DNA of 64,000 nt from the NCBI GenBank assembly GCA_964187785.1, contig OZ076409.1:90026001-90090000 (forward strand), written 5' to 3'. This document shows, one piece after another, positions 37,588 to 49,550 of this stretch; the first letter of the stretch is position 1; every line of letters starts with the position of its first letter. A program made the position numbers and the translations under genes. This stretch comes from Amphiscolops sp. MND2022 (lineage: Eukaryota). The notes beneath the pieces were generated by a model. The model worked only from the letters and a program-made list of their open reading frames with translations. It had not been told where the DNA came from and searched no databases.

Positions 37588-39659
37588 CGTCATACCACAG
37601 GTTTCACTCGGAATTGTCTACTTTTTACTGACTTTCGGCCTAAGTTGTAAAGGATACAAGGAGCCTAAATGTGTTTTTCATAATAATTATTCGTATCCTC
37701 AAAACTATATGGGACCAAAAGATCCCCCTTGAGGTTTTTTCGACACGGCAACTTTTTTCGAAACTTTAAATTTTTCACCGCAAGCGCCCCCTTCGATTTT
37801 TAAAATGTTTTCAGGTAAGGCAATACGACTCAAGCGCTTAAAGGACCCTCATTCAGGTTTTTCGGCACTATGTGACTTTTTTAGAACAAAAACTGTTGAT
37901 GCATTTGACTGGTTTTCAGTTGATGCTTTTGAGTTAAAGAAAAGCGTTTTCTGAGCACGAAAAGCTCCCTTTGGATGTTTTCGGCACTCTTATATTTGAT
38001 AATTTCCTTTAAAATGCCCTGAGCATATTTCAAAACCTTTTTTTAGCTTTAAGCGGAGTGGTGACTTGAGACGTTCTGGTCTTGTTTGTTCTCAGTAAAG
38101 CCGGTGATCTCATATCATTAGCACTTAAAAGTTAGAATTAGGACTTCGAAATATTTCCTGTCTTAGAGTGAAACCTGGAATGTAGAAAACCCATTTAAAT
38201 TAATCCCAGAATCTAAACCAAACTTACCAAGTGGATGATACTGAGGATTCAATTTTAAGTCGTCCTTTAGATCAAACTTCCAGCCAGTTTATTTGAAGTT
38301 CAAGCAAAATATGCTAATGTTTACATTTGAATCTGTTTGCCAATTTGCTTTGACGATATTCTAAAGATGCGCTGAAGGCTCGACTTTGAGTTTTACTCCA
38401 ATTTCCTCAACAAATCTCACTGAGAACGGAACTGATTTCACGCCAGAAATTTACGAGATCGAATAAATAGCTTCAAAAAGAAATTGGTATCTTGACTAGT
38501 TACATGACTCCGGAGATAGTTCTCAAATACGGGTAGTTAAGTAAACATGGATCATACAGAAATTTACATTCAGAATATTTGCCCAAAGATTCTCGCCAAG
38601 TTTCTAGAGATTGGTGGGTTATCAATTTCACATCATTTCCCGGAGATTATTCTTACAGAAAAGCATCTTGAGTCAAGTATTTGCTTCGGTCAAAGTAGAC
38701 TAAACTTATCAAATCATCTTCCGGTGTCATCCGTTTATACAATAGGCACGGTGTCTCCTCAAAGATAAATTAGGTCAAATCAGGATAACAATTTACTCAT
38801 CTTGATTGACTACTGACGCCAAGGATGGAGTGGAGGCATATTTTGTTCAAAGTATGAAAGGTTTGGCTTGATGAAAAGTGTCCACTTTTTATAAATGAAA
38901 TATAATCTTTTTATAATGATCTTATTAAAATCATCGGAGAATCATTCCTGCTGGTTTTTGGGGGCTGCCGTGAATCAATGTCTGAAGCTGGTGCATGCAA
39001 TCGATGACGTTATCAAAGTCATGATGCTGATTTTCAAGTACGGAACCCAGGAATTAGTGTGAAAAAGTTCACCGATGGGACTAAATGCTTAGATAGTGTC
39101 TTTTCGTAAATCGCAATGATTTTGTAGCTAGTTAGCTCGACTCTTTCTCAGTTGAAAGTTTTTGTTTTGCCATTTTTTTAGCCATTAGGGACGTCTAGGT
39201 TTAGCAGCATTGTTTTCGAAGGCATTGAAAGAGAGCATGTTTTCTACGTGAATGAGTGAAGATTCAGGTTAGGAAAACAGTCTCATTTTGAGAAAATGTT
39301 GGCAGTCTTGCATGGAGCTTTTTCAAAAATTTTTAGGCTGCTTAGACTTTTTTCAAAACACAGGGAAATGCTGCCAGGATTTTCCACGCCTGAAATGATT
39401 CAAAAGATTTTGCAGGGTCCCTGAATTTTCTGGGTTTTTTTGTAAAATTAGCCTGCGTGAATTAATGCAGCATGCAAAAAGTTCCTGTAGTTTCGACAAG
39501 GGTAATCCTTCTCAAAGACCAAATTTTGATCCGTTATCTTATCAGTCGATTCTTAACCAAAGTGAAAGCTGTTAATTGTCAAATACTAATTACTATTTCA
39601 GAAAAATTTTACCGCCCTGATTCCTCGGTAAAAAGATAGCGACATGTAGCTGATTGCAG

Positions 39660-39800
39660 AGGATCATAGTGTAGTGGTTTTCAACCTGTACTGGGGCGGT
39701 ATCGGGTTGGAATCTCACTCAAATCGCCATCATGTTGTCTTGAGCAAGTCCTTCATATCTAGCTTAGTGAAACGGTAACAACAAAAAGTAATGCATTCGG
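39660..39800 (+). mobile_element. tRNA-derived SINE with a CORE-like central block
   Basis: A-box TAGTGTAGTGG (39667), B-box-like GGTTGGAATC, then GTTGTCTTGAGCAAGTCCTTC resembling the CORE-SINE block TGTGACCTTGGGCAAGTCACTT. Confidence 0.5.
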
Positions 39801-40154
39801 CGTAGAAAAGCAAAACAAAAAGAACATCGTTAACAAGCCGGGAACGGCTCAAGTCGGTGCCATATCTAAGGCTCAGAAATAGCGAAAGGACTTCAAGTGT
39901 CAAGTATTCTCTTCTACAGTACCCGCGTGAGAAAAAAAATTCGAAAATTTGTTTCGATTTTTTTTGAAGTCTCCCGTAAGTCGCTTTGTGCCAAAAAATG
40001 TATAAGGGGGCCCTTTGGGATTTTTAAACATCCATTATTTTGCAAAATAGAAAAAAAATGAAGGGGGGACTTTTTGGAGACAATAAAAAAATTTGCGAAA
40101 AAAAAGTCTAACAAAGCTGAAATAACATGCACAAACAAATCTTTGTCAAGGGCG

Positions 40155-42255
40155 CAGGGTTGGTGTTTTATACAAAACTTTTGAAAAAAAAACGTTTAAA
40201 ACGTTTTAAACGTTTAAAACATGTATTTTTTCAAAATTGTATTTTTTCAAAAACAAAAAACAAAATGATTACAAATCATTGATGATAAAAACAAAATGAT
40301 TACAAATCATTGATGATAAAACATATCGTTATAAATCAGTCTGACTATTTTTCCAAAAGTCGGTTGCAGAACGCGAGTTTTTTCACTTTCTCCGGGTTGA
40401 GCCGGTTACGCAAATCAGTCTGCACGTGGCCCATGGTGCTGAAAATCCTTTCTATCCCTGCAGAGCTGGGAACCAAAGAGAAGAGGACAAGAGACAGTTG
40501 AAGGAGGTCAGTGTCTAAGTTGCCACATACAGCCTGGGCTTTCATGAAATTAAGCAGTTTGAGTCTCTCTTTACCTTGAACCAAGCTGTATTCGGTCTTA
40601 ATTTTATCATTTTCACCACCAATGAAATTAATAAAAGCCCCAAGAGAGTCAGGATAGGTAGTTGCTATCCAGTTTTTTGCGGTTTTCCATTCCTGTTGTG
40701 TCAAATTCTGGCCCAAAAAGGCAGGATGCATAATATTCGCGGCAAGCCAGGCTGTAGGAACTGACATTTTGTACCTTTCCTCGGCCTTTTGCAAAATATC
40801 TCGGTACTCAGCTGTGCGATAATGTTGCAGGAGACTTTTCCAAGCCTCAACAGCATCCGCTACCCCACAATTGTCACATTGAAGTTTGTCAAGGGCTACA
40901 GACAGTGGCTTAAAAAAGCGTTCACATTCCTCAATCTGCTGAAAAAATGCAATATCATTCACTGCCTTGCGAATATCGACATGAGATGCAGGTTTGTTAA
41001 AGTACTCCCTCGCTACAATTCCTCTTAGAAATTGCCAGTTTTTGAGATACCATTCCATACAGCTCAAATTGCTATTCCAGCGAACGTCACAAGGAATATC
41101 ACACCATATTCGATTATCTTGGCACTCTCTGCAGTTTCTGCCCTGGCTTTGTTCATGGCAGCACAGTTGTCGGTGACTAATCCAATGACGTTGCACAAAT
41201 ACTTTTCATTAACCATTCGGACCTTTTCTGTTGCAATTTCGGACAGATACTCAGCGGTTTGTGCCGAACCAGATGTTTGAACAGTGTCTACGAGGTAGGC
41301 CTGTCCATCGTAGATGATGCAAAAACCCAAAATAGGGTCGTTATTAATATCGCTCCAGCCATCCATCGATAACGTAACCATCTTGCCCTGCAGTTTCGCT
41401 TGTGCAGTTTCTTGAAGTTGGTCGTAAACGCCGTCGAGTATATCACCGGCCATCCGCTTTCTGTCTGGTGGGTTATATCCTGGTCTCAATTTCTGTATCA
41501 TCGCCTAAATACAAACAATTTTGGAAAAAAAGAGCAAAGTGGGGACCCCTTGGCACTTTTCAAAAATCAAGACTTTTCAAAAATTGGAAGTTAATTTGTC
41601 TTAGGTATTTTGTGAATAGGTATTTTTACACATTTTAAGGGCATTCTGAAGTACTTTTCTCCTTTTCCCCCGGTGCCATGATATACCTTGAAGTGTTTTA
41701 CCTTGAAATGATAGTTTTCGGCAGCTGAGAATTGCACGTTTGCCGAGAAGAAAAATCGACCAACTGCATAGTCCAGTGAAGCAGCCATTTCTTTGCTTGT
41801 CTTCACAATGTGGTTGTCCATGGATGGCTGGGTTCCGGCTTCTTTAGATACCGACGGGACCTTGACAGTTGCATTCTCATGTTTTTCCTTGAAGTGCTTT
41901 TGCATACGTTGAACAATTGGAGCGCATTCATAGCTGCAATGTCTGCATTTTACTCTGTTTGGGGCTATCAGTGTGAATTCGCTCCATATGGCATCCCTTT
42001 TACGACCTGTATTGTCTCTCGCTCCCCCGCTCATGTTTACAAATCTATCTGAAATGCAAATAAAACTTGCTACTTTAGCCAGTTGGTAAACATAAACCGC
42101 ATATCATAGCACCAGTGACATGTAAGGATTAAAGAACGACAAGTCAGTTTTTTTGAAAAAATACATTTGAAAAAATACATTGAAAAAATACATGTGTTTT
42201 AAACACTGTTTAAAACATGTATTAAACAAGCCATGTCTTTTTTCAGCCAACTCTG
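40155..42255 (-). mobile_element. hAT DNA transposon, 2101 bp, internally deleted
   Basis: TIR CAGGGTTGG / CCAACTCTG; perfect 8-bp TSD CAAGGGCG at 40147-40154 and 42256-42263; encodes a transposase. Confidence 0.93.
40345..42034 (-). pseudogene. hAT transposase: exon 42034-41702, GT-AG intron 41701-41505, exon 41504-40345 with a frameshift/deletion near 41102
   Basis: BED finger (WSEF..CRHC..H...H), DGWSD, VTDN, RWNS and hATC SSAGIERIFS..RNRL are present; the frame changes between IIEYG and IPCDVRWNS and the C(2)H motif is absent. Confidence 0.9.
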
Positions 42256-45200
42256 CAAGGGCGAGACTCTCGAACTCACGTCCTTCTGCTTGGCAGACCT
42301 CAAAAGATCCTAATTAACCTCTATGCCAAGTGGCAGTAGAAGTTACTTTAGTGTTGCAGTTAGTGGAAGCCAGCTTATAAAGCTTATAAAATCTGTCACT
42401 TCAGTGGTCTCTAAAAAGACACTACTATAGTCTGCGTTTTTCTACGAAAAGCGCCGACTAAAAATCGTCAGACATTGTGCAAGCCACTTTGAAACCACCG
42501 CTTCAAACCGACTATTGTTCGAATTCGCTGCAGAGATGTTACTATAGCTTGCTACGTATGAAAACGGGACACCATCATGAAAACGCAGAACGGCTTATTC
42601 GGCGTCCGACCCGCGAAATCAAGAAATAAAATTCTCTTTGAAGTCACAATTAGACTTTCACAATCAAACAGAGGCGACAGATAGTAATTTTTCGGCGAGA
42701 AAAGCATAATCATTTTGAAAATGAAGTAACTGTTTTTGTTGAAATTTGAATGTGTTTTTCTCAAGATCGTCAACTGGTGCTATTTGAACTTTGAAGATGG
42801 AAACCGTCAAGTCGAAGCCCTGCTCAATGTTCCAAAAGGGAGAAAGTTTGATCACTAAGAGGACTGTTTCGAGAATCCTGTAAGTGTCGCTGTGCCGAAA
42901 ATGTTCACAGGTATCCACGGTACTGTTAACCAGAAACATCAATCAAAACAAAAGAGGGACCTTGTAAAAATAGTAGCAGAGTGATGAAAATTATACAGGA
43001 CTTTTTGGTTTCATTTAGTGTTGAATATGAAGTTAAATGTGGCAATTTTGGCTTTAGCGGAGACTTTAAAACTCTGCTTTTCGAGCCTGTCCTTCAAGTT
43101 CTCACATCCAAGAGTTTTTGACAACCTGTTTTCTGAGAAATCTCATCAGAAAGTTTAGAGCACTTGCTTCTTGTGAGAACTTCCTTTTGAACTTACATTG
43201 TCATTGACAGTAATCGAGATTGAACATTTCAAGACATGTAATTTTGTCTTCAGTTGAGCAACCCCAGGAAAAGTTGCAATTTTCCATGTTTTTGAGTTTC
43301 AATTGGCATTTTTCAGGTTATACAAAGATACCGTAACGTTTCGACACCGCATTCCTCAAAAAAGGTCCTCTCTACATAAAAAGGGGAAAAATAATTCATA
43401 AAAGTCCTATGCGCCTTTTCATCACATTGGCTGACCTCGACAGTGATTTCGACAGTGAAAGAATAATGTCACTCCCGGATGTGAATATTGTCAAACTGCG
43501 TGAAACTGTCCAGAACTTTTTCACACGCGTCTCCTATGAAGACTAAGTGTTTTTGGGATCATGCATAGTACCATTATACACAAATTTGGTTCAGTGCTCC
43601 CACAAAAGGTTTTCTGCCCGGTAATATTTCTTCGTCTAACCGAAGTGTTTTAATAAAAGCTTTGTTTATTGAAAAGTTTGATATAACCTTTTTTTCACCA
43701 GCTTTTATCACCCTGATGTTTAGATAGTGCTGCAAGGCTTTAACGTCTCTCCTCGGTTCGTCCATGCTCTTGTTTCTATGCATCTTGTTAGATACTGCTT
43801 TGTGCATCTCTCGCGATAGCATCTACTTTTTTATTTCAAGACCATAAATTTTCCGGAAAGGTGCAACTTTTTAAACCCATGACACAAACATGACGACAAA
43901 ACGGCACGCTGTTTAAATTCAAGAATCAAAAAAGTCACTTTTTTATTTCAGATAGTTCTCGAATAGTAACAGTATTCCATTCCTGACAAATTGTGAACGA
44001 AGTTTGATACTCCGATAAGCGCAACGCATCTTCATAAACATCAGTTTGAGTCCACCTAAACTGCAAGTAGATTTGGCCGGTCTTTATTAAAATCCAACTA
44101 ATGAAGCTTCACTTCGATGTTCGAAAGTATTTTCAGTCAGCGCTTTTAGCAAAAACTAAAATCGCCGGTCTTTTGCATGTACTTTTTTATTCAAGACAGA
44201 TACCAATGCGATCTAGACGGATAGGGCGGGCAATACGTGTAGCGCCGACTTTGACCTGTTCTCAACTTGTTATTTATTTGCTTCAGACTTTGAAACGAAA
44301 CCCAAAACCTGTGAATGAACCATGGTTATTTTCAAGTGTTTACTGTTTAAATGTAGTAATGTTTCAAAACAATTTGGAAATCTCTAACCTTGAGAAGGTG
44401 AAACGGAATTAAGAAATTCAGATCATAACGAGCAGAATTTCATCAGGGATTCTCGGCCCTTAGCTTTCGATGGTATGATCAGATCAACAAGAAAGCTGAA
44501 CTAGTTTGGTCTTATTGCCATTTGAATAGAAAGCAAGCATACTGGAAGTAACAATGCGAAAATGCATTCATTCATTAGCCATGATGCAAACATGATGTTT
44601 GCTGAAACAACAACTTGAATAGTTGATGCGCTTCTTTCAGACCGTTGAACTTGCGGTTGAACAGATTGGTGTGCTAGGTTTCATACTATGCATATTATTC
44701 AGTATCGATTTCACTAAAGAGAAATACAGAACTCCTTAAGATATATCCGAAAACAGTGGTCTGTTAACTATTATTAATATCTTGATACGTCAAAATGCGG
44801 TGAAATTGTGTTTGGGTCATGCACTTTGCACGATTCTAGCAAGAATTTAGAACAGAAGGCAGCTTTCCGAAAGAGATTGGAAATGAATTTCAGTTTGGAT
44901 CTCAAGTATGTTTTTTTTTTTTGGGGGGGGGTATTTCTGTTCTCTAGGAGGAGCAACTTGGAAGGTCTATGCTTCATAAGGTGAAAAAGACAAGTTTGAT
45001 CAGATATCTTGGTATTGAGACTAACAGTTTACATAAAAACTAAGAACTCGCGCAGCTTAGGCGAGATGAGACTGAGAAGGAGCCTGATATATTTGTAGGG
45101 GACTTTTTCACTTTCTTCAATAGGATTATAGGATTTGTCAAGAATATCAGTTTATGAACTATACTTTTGAGTCTTTGCTTGTGTCATCTTGTGTCATTGA

Positions 45201-46334
45201 CTTCTCCGTTACAGAACCACAATTACCTGATAACACTCAATTCACACTTATTTTACTGCAATGGCGTAAAATGTATAGTAGAAACATGAATATTTGAACT
45301 AGCTTATTTATTGAACATGAAATACTTTACCAGTAACGTTTTCTAGAATTATGTAATCATCGGCTGAACTTTATTGAGGAGCTGTTCCTCGGGAGGTGCA
45401 ACTTGGAGGCCTGTTCTTCATAAGGGTATGGCGGAGTGGATGTCGTTCATAAGATTCTTCAGTTTAACCAGATTAGCAGTATATTGAGACTGATCTTCAC
45501 ATACAAAATAGCAGTTCCCCTTTTTGTCAACTCTATTCACCCAGGTTGATCATAATGGATTGCTCTCGGCATTTCATGCATGATCATGATTTTTTCGTAA
45601 CACTACTTTCATATGGATTTTTTTAGTAATATCACTAAATTAACAATTGAAGATGTTCATTTTCTACACAGAAGTTCAGGAAGGATTGGGTTGTTGCAAA
45701 ACTAGCAATGCCCAAACTTGATGTCCATCATAAATGGGGTGAATACAACGGCCAGTTCGGCCCAAGCAGAACACAGAAGGAACACACTGATTCGTAAAGT
45801 AGTTGGAAAGATCTCGGGTGATCCTTTTACGTGGATAATTTCTCATTACATTCTTATCACGGATAATCATACATGATCCTTGTTGTGAAAAAACCTCGAT
45901 TCATCTATGAAGATACATGAAACAGAATGACTAGTTTTGTTAACCACCCGGATCCAACGCAACATCGATTCCATTTGGTTCTTCAAAGACATTTACGCCG
46001 TTCCTAGGAAAAATGACATAATTTATATCATTTCTTTTAGGTATAACTTCAATAAAAGCAATATATTAATCTGAAGATAACAAAGACGAAAAGGCTTGCA
46101 CCAGATAAGGCCCGATGTTCACATAAACTAAATTGATCAATTAGTAAGTTTTTAAATGACGGGAAGCTCAGAGACACACATCTTGTTACAAAGTTGTCAA
46201 TTTAATAAAGACCTTAGTATGAGGCGACTAAAAGATGCAGAGTCTCGCTGATGGAACTGTGAAGAACCCGAAAAATGACAACTCCATTGGACCTGTGGTA
46301 TACAGGTGAGAACCGGTACGAGTACATTAAAAAT

Positions 46335-46877
46335 CGTAAAGCGACAATTCGTCCCAAGCGACGATTCGTCCCAAGCGACAATTCGTCCCAAATTCCAAAA
46401 AGCGACAATTCGTCCCAAGCGTCAATTCGTCCCATTTTGAAAAGGCGACAATTCGTCCCATTTGTAAAAAGCGACAATTCGTCCCAAATTGTTTAATTGA
46501 TCAGCTAATTACCAACCTTTTGAAGGTTGAAACGAAAGAAATATTCAAACCAACTACAAATGAATTCATTCAACCATGTGAGAATAATTAGAAAATGTTG
46601 CATTTTAACGTACTAGTCGTGGAATGTTAAAATTAATTGTTGGCACCTGCCTCTAATTGTAATCTTTCCGGATTCATTATTAAAAAGGTCTTTATTGGCA
46701 ATTAAATTGGGGACAAATTGCAGCTTTTAATAATTGGGACGAATTGTCGCCTTTTCAAAATGGGACGAATTGTCGCTTGGGACGAATTGTCGCTTTTTGG
46801 AATTTGGGACGAATTGTCGCTTGGGACGAATTGTCGCTTGGGACGAATTGTCGCTTGGGACGAATTGTCGCCCAACC
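46335..46877. mobile_element. Foldback / Mutator-like element whose inverted arms are built of 17-bp tandem units
   Basis: (GCGACAATTCGTCCCAA)n on the left and (TTGGGACGAATTGTCGC)n on the right; 9-bp TSD ATTAAAAAT at 46326-46334 and 46878-46886. Confidence 0.85.
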
Positions 46878-47282
46878 ATTAAAAATATTATGAGCTGTCC
46901 TTCTAAACGTAAAAAAAATGTCTGAGAACAATTTTATTAGAATAACGAGAGAATTAAAGGAAAACAAAAAGTTGTTTTTCTGATTTCAGATTTCAAAATG
47001 ACAGTCTCTAATCCGCGAAATAGCATAATGTGGGGCAAATGCGGTGTATGCACACTCGCCCTCATCACCTCGCTTCGTGATCTCGGTTTCCGTTAGGTCT
47101 TTGCTCCTGTTCGACCTCCCTTAGCAAGATGGGAACATTAGCGGCCCCAAGGGGCCGCGGGGCACTAGACGAAATAGGGACATATCCGAGGGGTGCTTGA
47201 TATGACATGTTTAATTTTTGATCCGAGTGGGGAATTTTTGATCATTTGAGTAGGATTCATTTGGGTGGGATAAAAAACTACC

Positions 47283-47611
47283 GGTACTCCTGACTAAGTG
47301 TGGTCCCTACAAAACACATGCAGCCAGCCTGAAAACTACTGACTAAGTGTGGTCCCTAGAAGAGGTTAGCAAATTTGTTGTATGGCTCGGTTGCTTCGTT
47401 CCCTTCGCCAAGTAGCAACATTGAGGCATAGCCATATGGCACGTCGCTCCGCTTCACTTCGCTCCTGCATTTAGGTCACTAGGGGTTTGTGAACATAGCT
47501 GACGACGTAATAATAAAACTTCTGACAAACTATGCAGGGACCACACTTATAAAGTAGGGACCACGCTTAGTAAGGAGAAATCGCTTGGGACCACACTTAG
47601 TCAGAAGTACC
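47283..47611. mobile_element. GG..CC MITE with 8-bp TSD (Merlin-like), shared core at 47359-47510 (minus)
   Basis: TIR GGTACT(C/T)CTGACTAAGTGTGGTCCC; TSD AAACTACC at 47275-47282 and 47612-47619. Confidence 0.85.
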
Positions 47612-47911
47612 AAACTACCCAAAGAGTCGAAAACTACCCAAATGAATCCTACCCAAATAATTTTGCCCCACAGAATCTGCACTCACGAGCTAACGTTTTG
47701 AAAGCTCAACTACAAACTTTGGGCATGCTCTTGCAAGATCTAGAATAAAAGAAGTCACTTTTGACCGAATGTCTAATCAACCGATAGCACTTTTTGCAAG
47801 TATATTTTGGAGGCTCCTGTATAGGAGACTCCTATCGGATTCTATTCTCATAAGTAGCTTGTTAGACCATTAGACCACGTTTACACGTGCGCTAGAGCCT
47901 TCCTGAGCGAA

Positions 47912-49167
47912 CCCGGGTTGACCCTCTAATAGCATCTTGGCTGTCTTGACAAGATCTTGCCAAATTCTTACTACATCTTGGCAGCCATGGATCCCATGGC
48001 AAGATTCTTATTAAGATCTTACTAAGATAATACTTATTCCAAGATCGTATCTTATCACGATGGACAAAATTTTAAGATTATAAAAAAAACACTATACCTT
48101 CGGTACAAGCAGCCGAGACTCAATCCAAAGGCTCATTTCACCCAACAACGACTATTTCTACTCGTTTTCATAATCAAAATGCTTAAACCTGTTGAAAAAA
48201 TTTTGCATGCAAAAATGCGTGAAAAATTACGATAACGTATTCTGGCTTCCGAAATTTTGACGAGAATCCTAATAAGTCCTCACCTGTTTAAGACTGAGAA
48301 ATGCAAATGTGCCAAATGAAAGGTCAAGGGCTTTCCAAAACTTGTAATTTATCACTCCTGTCGATTCCAGAGACGGAGAAACATGCTCTCACACGTCCAC
48401 ACCCACTATCGGAATGTTACAAAGGAAAGACCTTAAAATCCGGAAATTTTTGTAAGAATCATATTTCCAGCTTTCTTTGCGCCTTTTTCAGCAGCCTTAC
48501 TTTCAGCAGCCTTACTTTCAGCAGCCTTATTCAGCTCAAGGCTTTTCTGACGCCGTTGTTGGCCACATTTTTGCAATTGAAAGAACAATTTGACCAGCCT
48601 TTCTAAATAAATATCTCTTCAACCAAATTTCATACATTGCTACCAGAAGTTTTAATGTCTAACAATATAAATCTGCAGAAATGTTGATTTTTGTTGACTT
48701 CCTTTCAGATTTTTTCTTTCCAAATAGGATTTTACAATAAAAGTTTTCTTGGAAACATGGCTCTCTTGATAAGATCTTACGGTACTCCTGACTAAGTTTG
48801 GTCCCTATAAAACTTATGCAGCCGGCCTGAAAACTCCTAAGTGTGGTCCCTAGAAGAGGTTAGCATATTTGTTGTATGGGTCGGTCGCTTCGCTCCCTTC
48901 GCCAAGTAGCAACATTGAGGCATGACCACATGGCACGTCGCTCCGCTTCGCTTCGCTCCAGCATTTAGGGCACTGTGTGAACATAGCTGACCACGTAATA
49001 TAAAATTTCCGACAAACTATGCAGGGACCACGCTTATAAAATAGGGACCACACTTAGTAAGGAGAAATCGCTTGGGACCACACTTAGTAAGGAGTACCGA
49101 TCTTACCATGACATCTTGCAATTCTTGCCAATATCTTACTAAGATATCCATGGAGGGTCGACCCGGG
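47912..49167. mobile_element. CACTA/EnSpm-like non-autonomous element
   Basis: TIR CCCGGGT(T/C)GACCCTC; 2-bp TSD AA; AAGATCTT subterminal motifs; related fragments at ~9082-9520 and ~51900-52140. Confidence 0.8.
48781..49098. mobile_element. GG..CC MITE with 8-bp TSD (same family as 47283-47611), shared core at 48853-48998 (minus)
   Basis: TIR GGTACTCCT.ACTAAGT.TGGTCCC; TSD GATCTTAC at 48773-48780 and 49099-49106. Confidence 0.85.
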
Positions 49168-49550
49168 AAGTCATATCCCAGGCGTTAGATCCTATCCAAA
49201 CTTGCAATAAGGTCTTGATCATTGTGTCCATTCCATAGATTTTATTATAATAACAGCTTCTAAATGCATCCAACTAACCTGGATCCCCGAGTTCAGCTGA
49301 CGAATTTAACACAAGAGATATCGAATAACCTCCAATTGAATCAAGAAGTAAAAAACTAAATCACGAAGTAGACCATCTTCTCTTTAGTTAATCAACTGGA
49401 AAGCGAAATATAACAGCGGTGTAATTGAAAGGCATAATTGCTGCTCGAAAATATATTTAGAACAAATTTTTATTGTACACGCGTGCATTTTGACAATCAC
49501 ATATTTTGTGCGTTTTGTACGTACCAATTTCGTAAGTCGCACATTTTGTA

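Larger units (their letters stand above)
39832..42464 (-). mobile_element. HINE-like family A element hosting the hAT insertion
   Basis: AACAAGCCGGGAACGGCTCAAGTCGGTGC at the left end; GCGCCGACTAAAA at the right end. Confidence 0.75.

Noticed and set aside
38090..39300. Possible highly decayed LINE endonuclease on the minus strand (DDFN-like motif near 38930)
   Set aside because: Only one weak motif amid many stops; cannot be supported without a search.
44450..45900. Hydrophobic peptide fragments suggesting a decayed membrane protein or GPCR
   Set aside because: No diagnostic motif, splice structure or continuous frame.
46335..46877. CRISPR-like array of short repeats
   Set aside because: The units are 17 bp, mostly abutting with no unique spacers, arranged as two inverted arms with a TSD, in eukaryotic DNA with no cas genes. 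This is a foldback transposon.
48850..49053. 67-aa Cys-rich ORF across the shared core as a real gene
   Set aside because: It depends on a deletion specific to this copy and is not open in the same way in the other copies.
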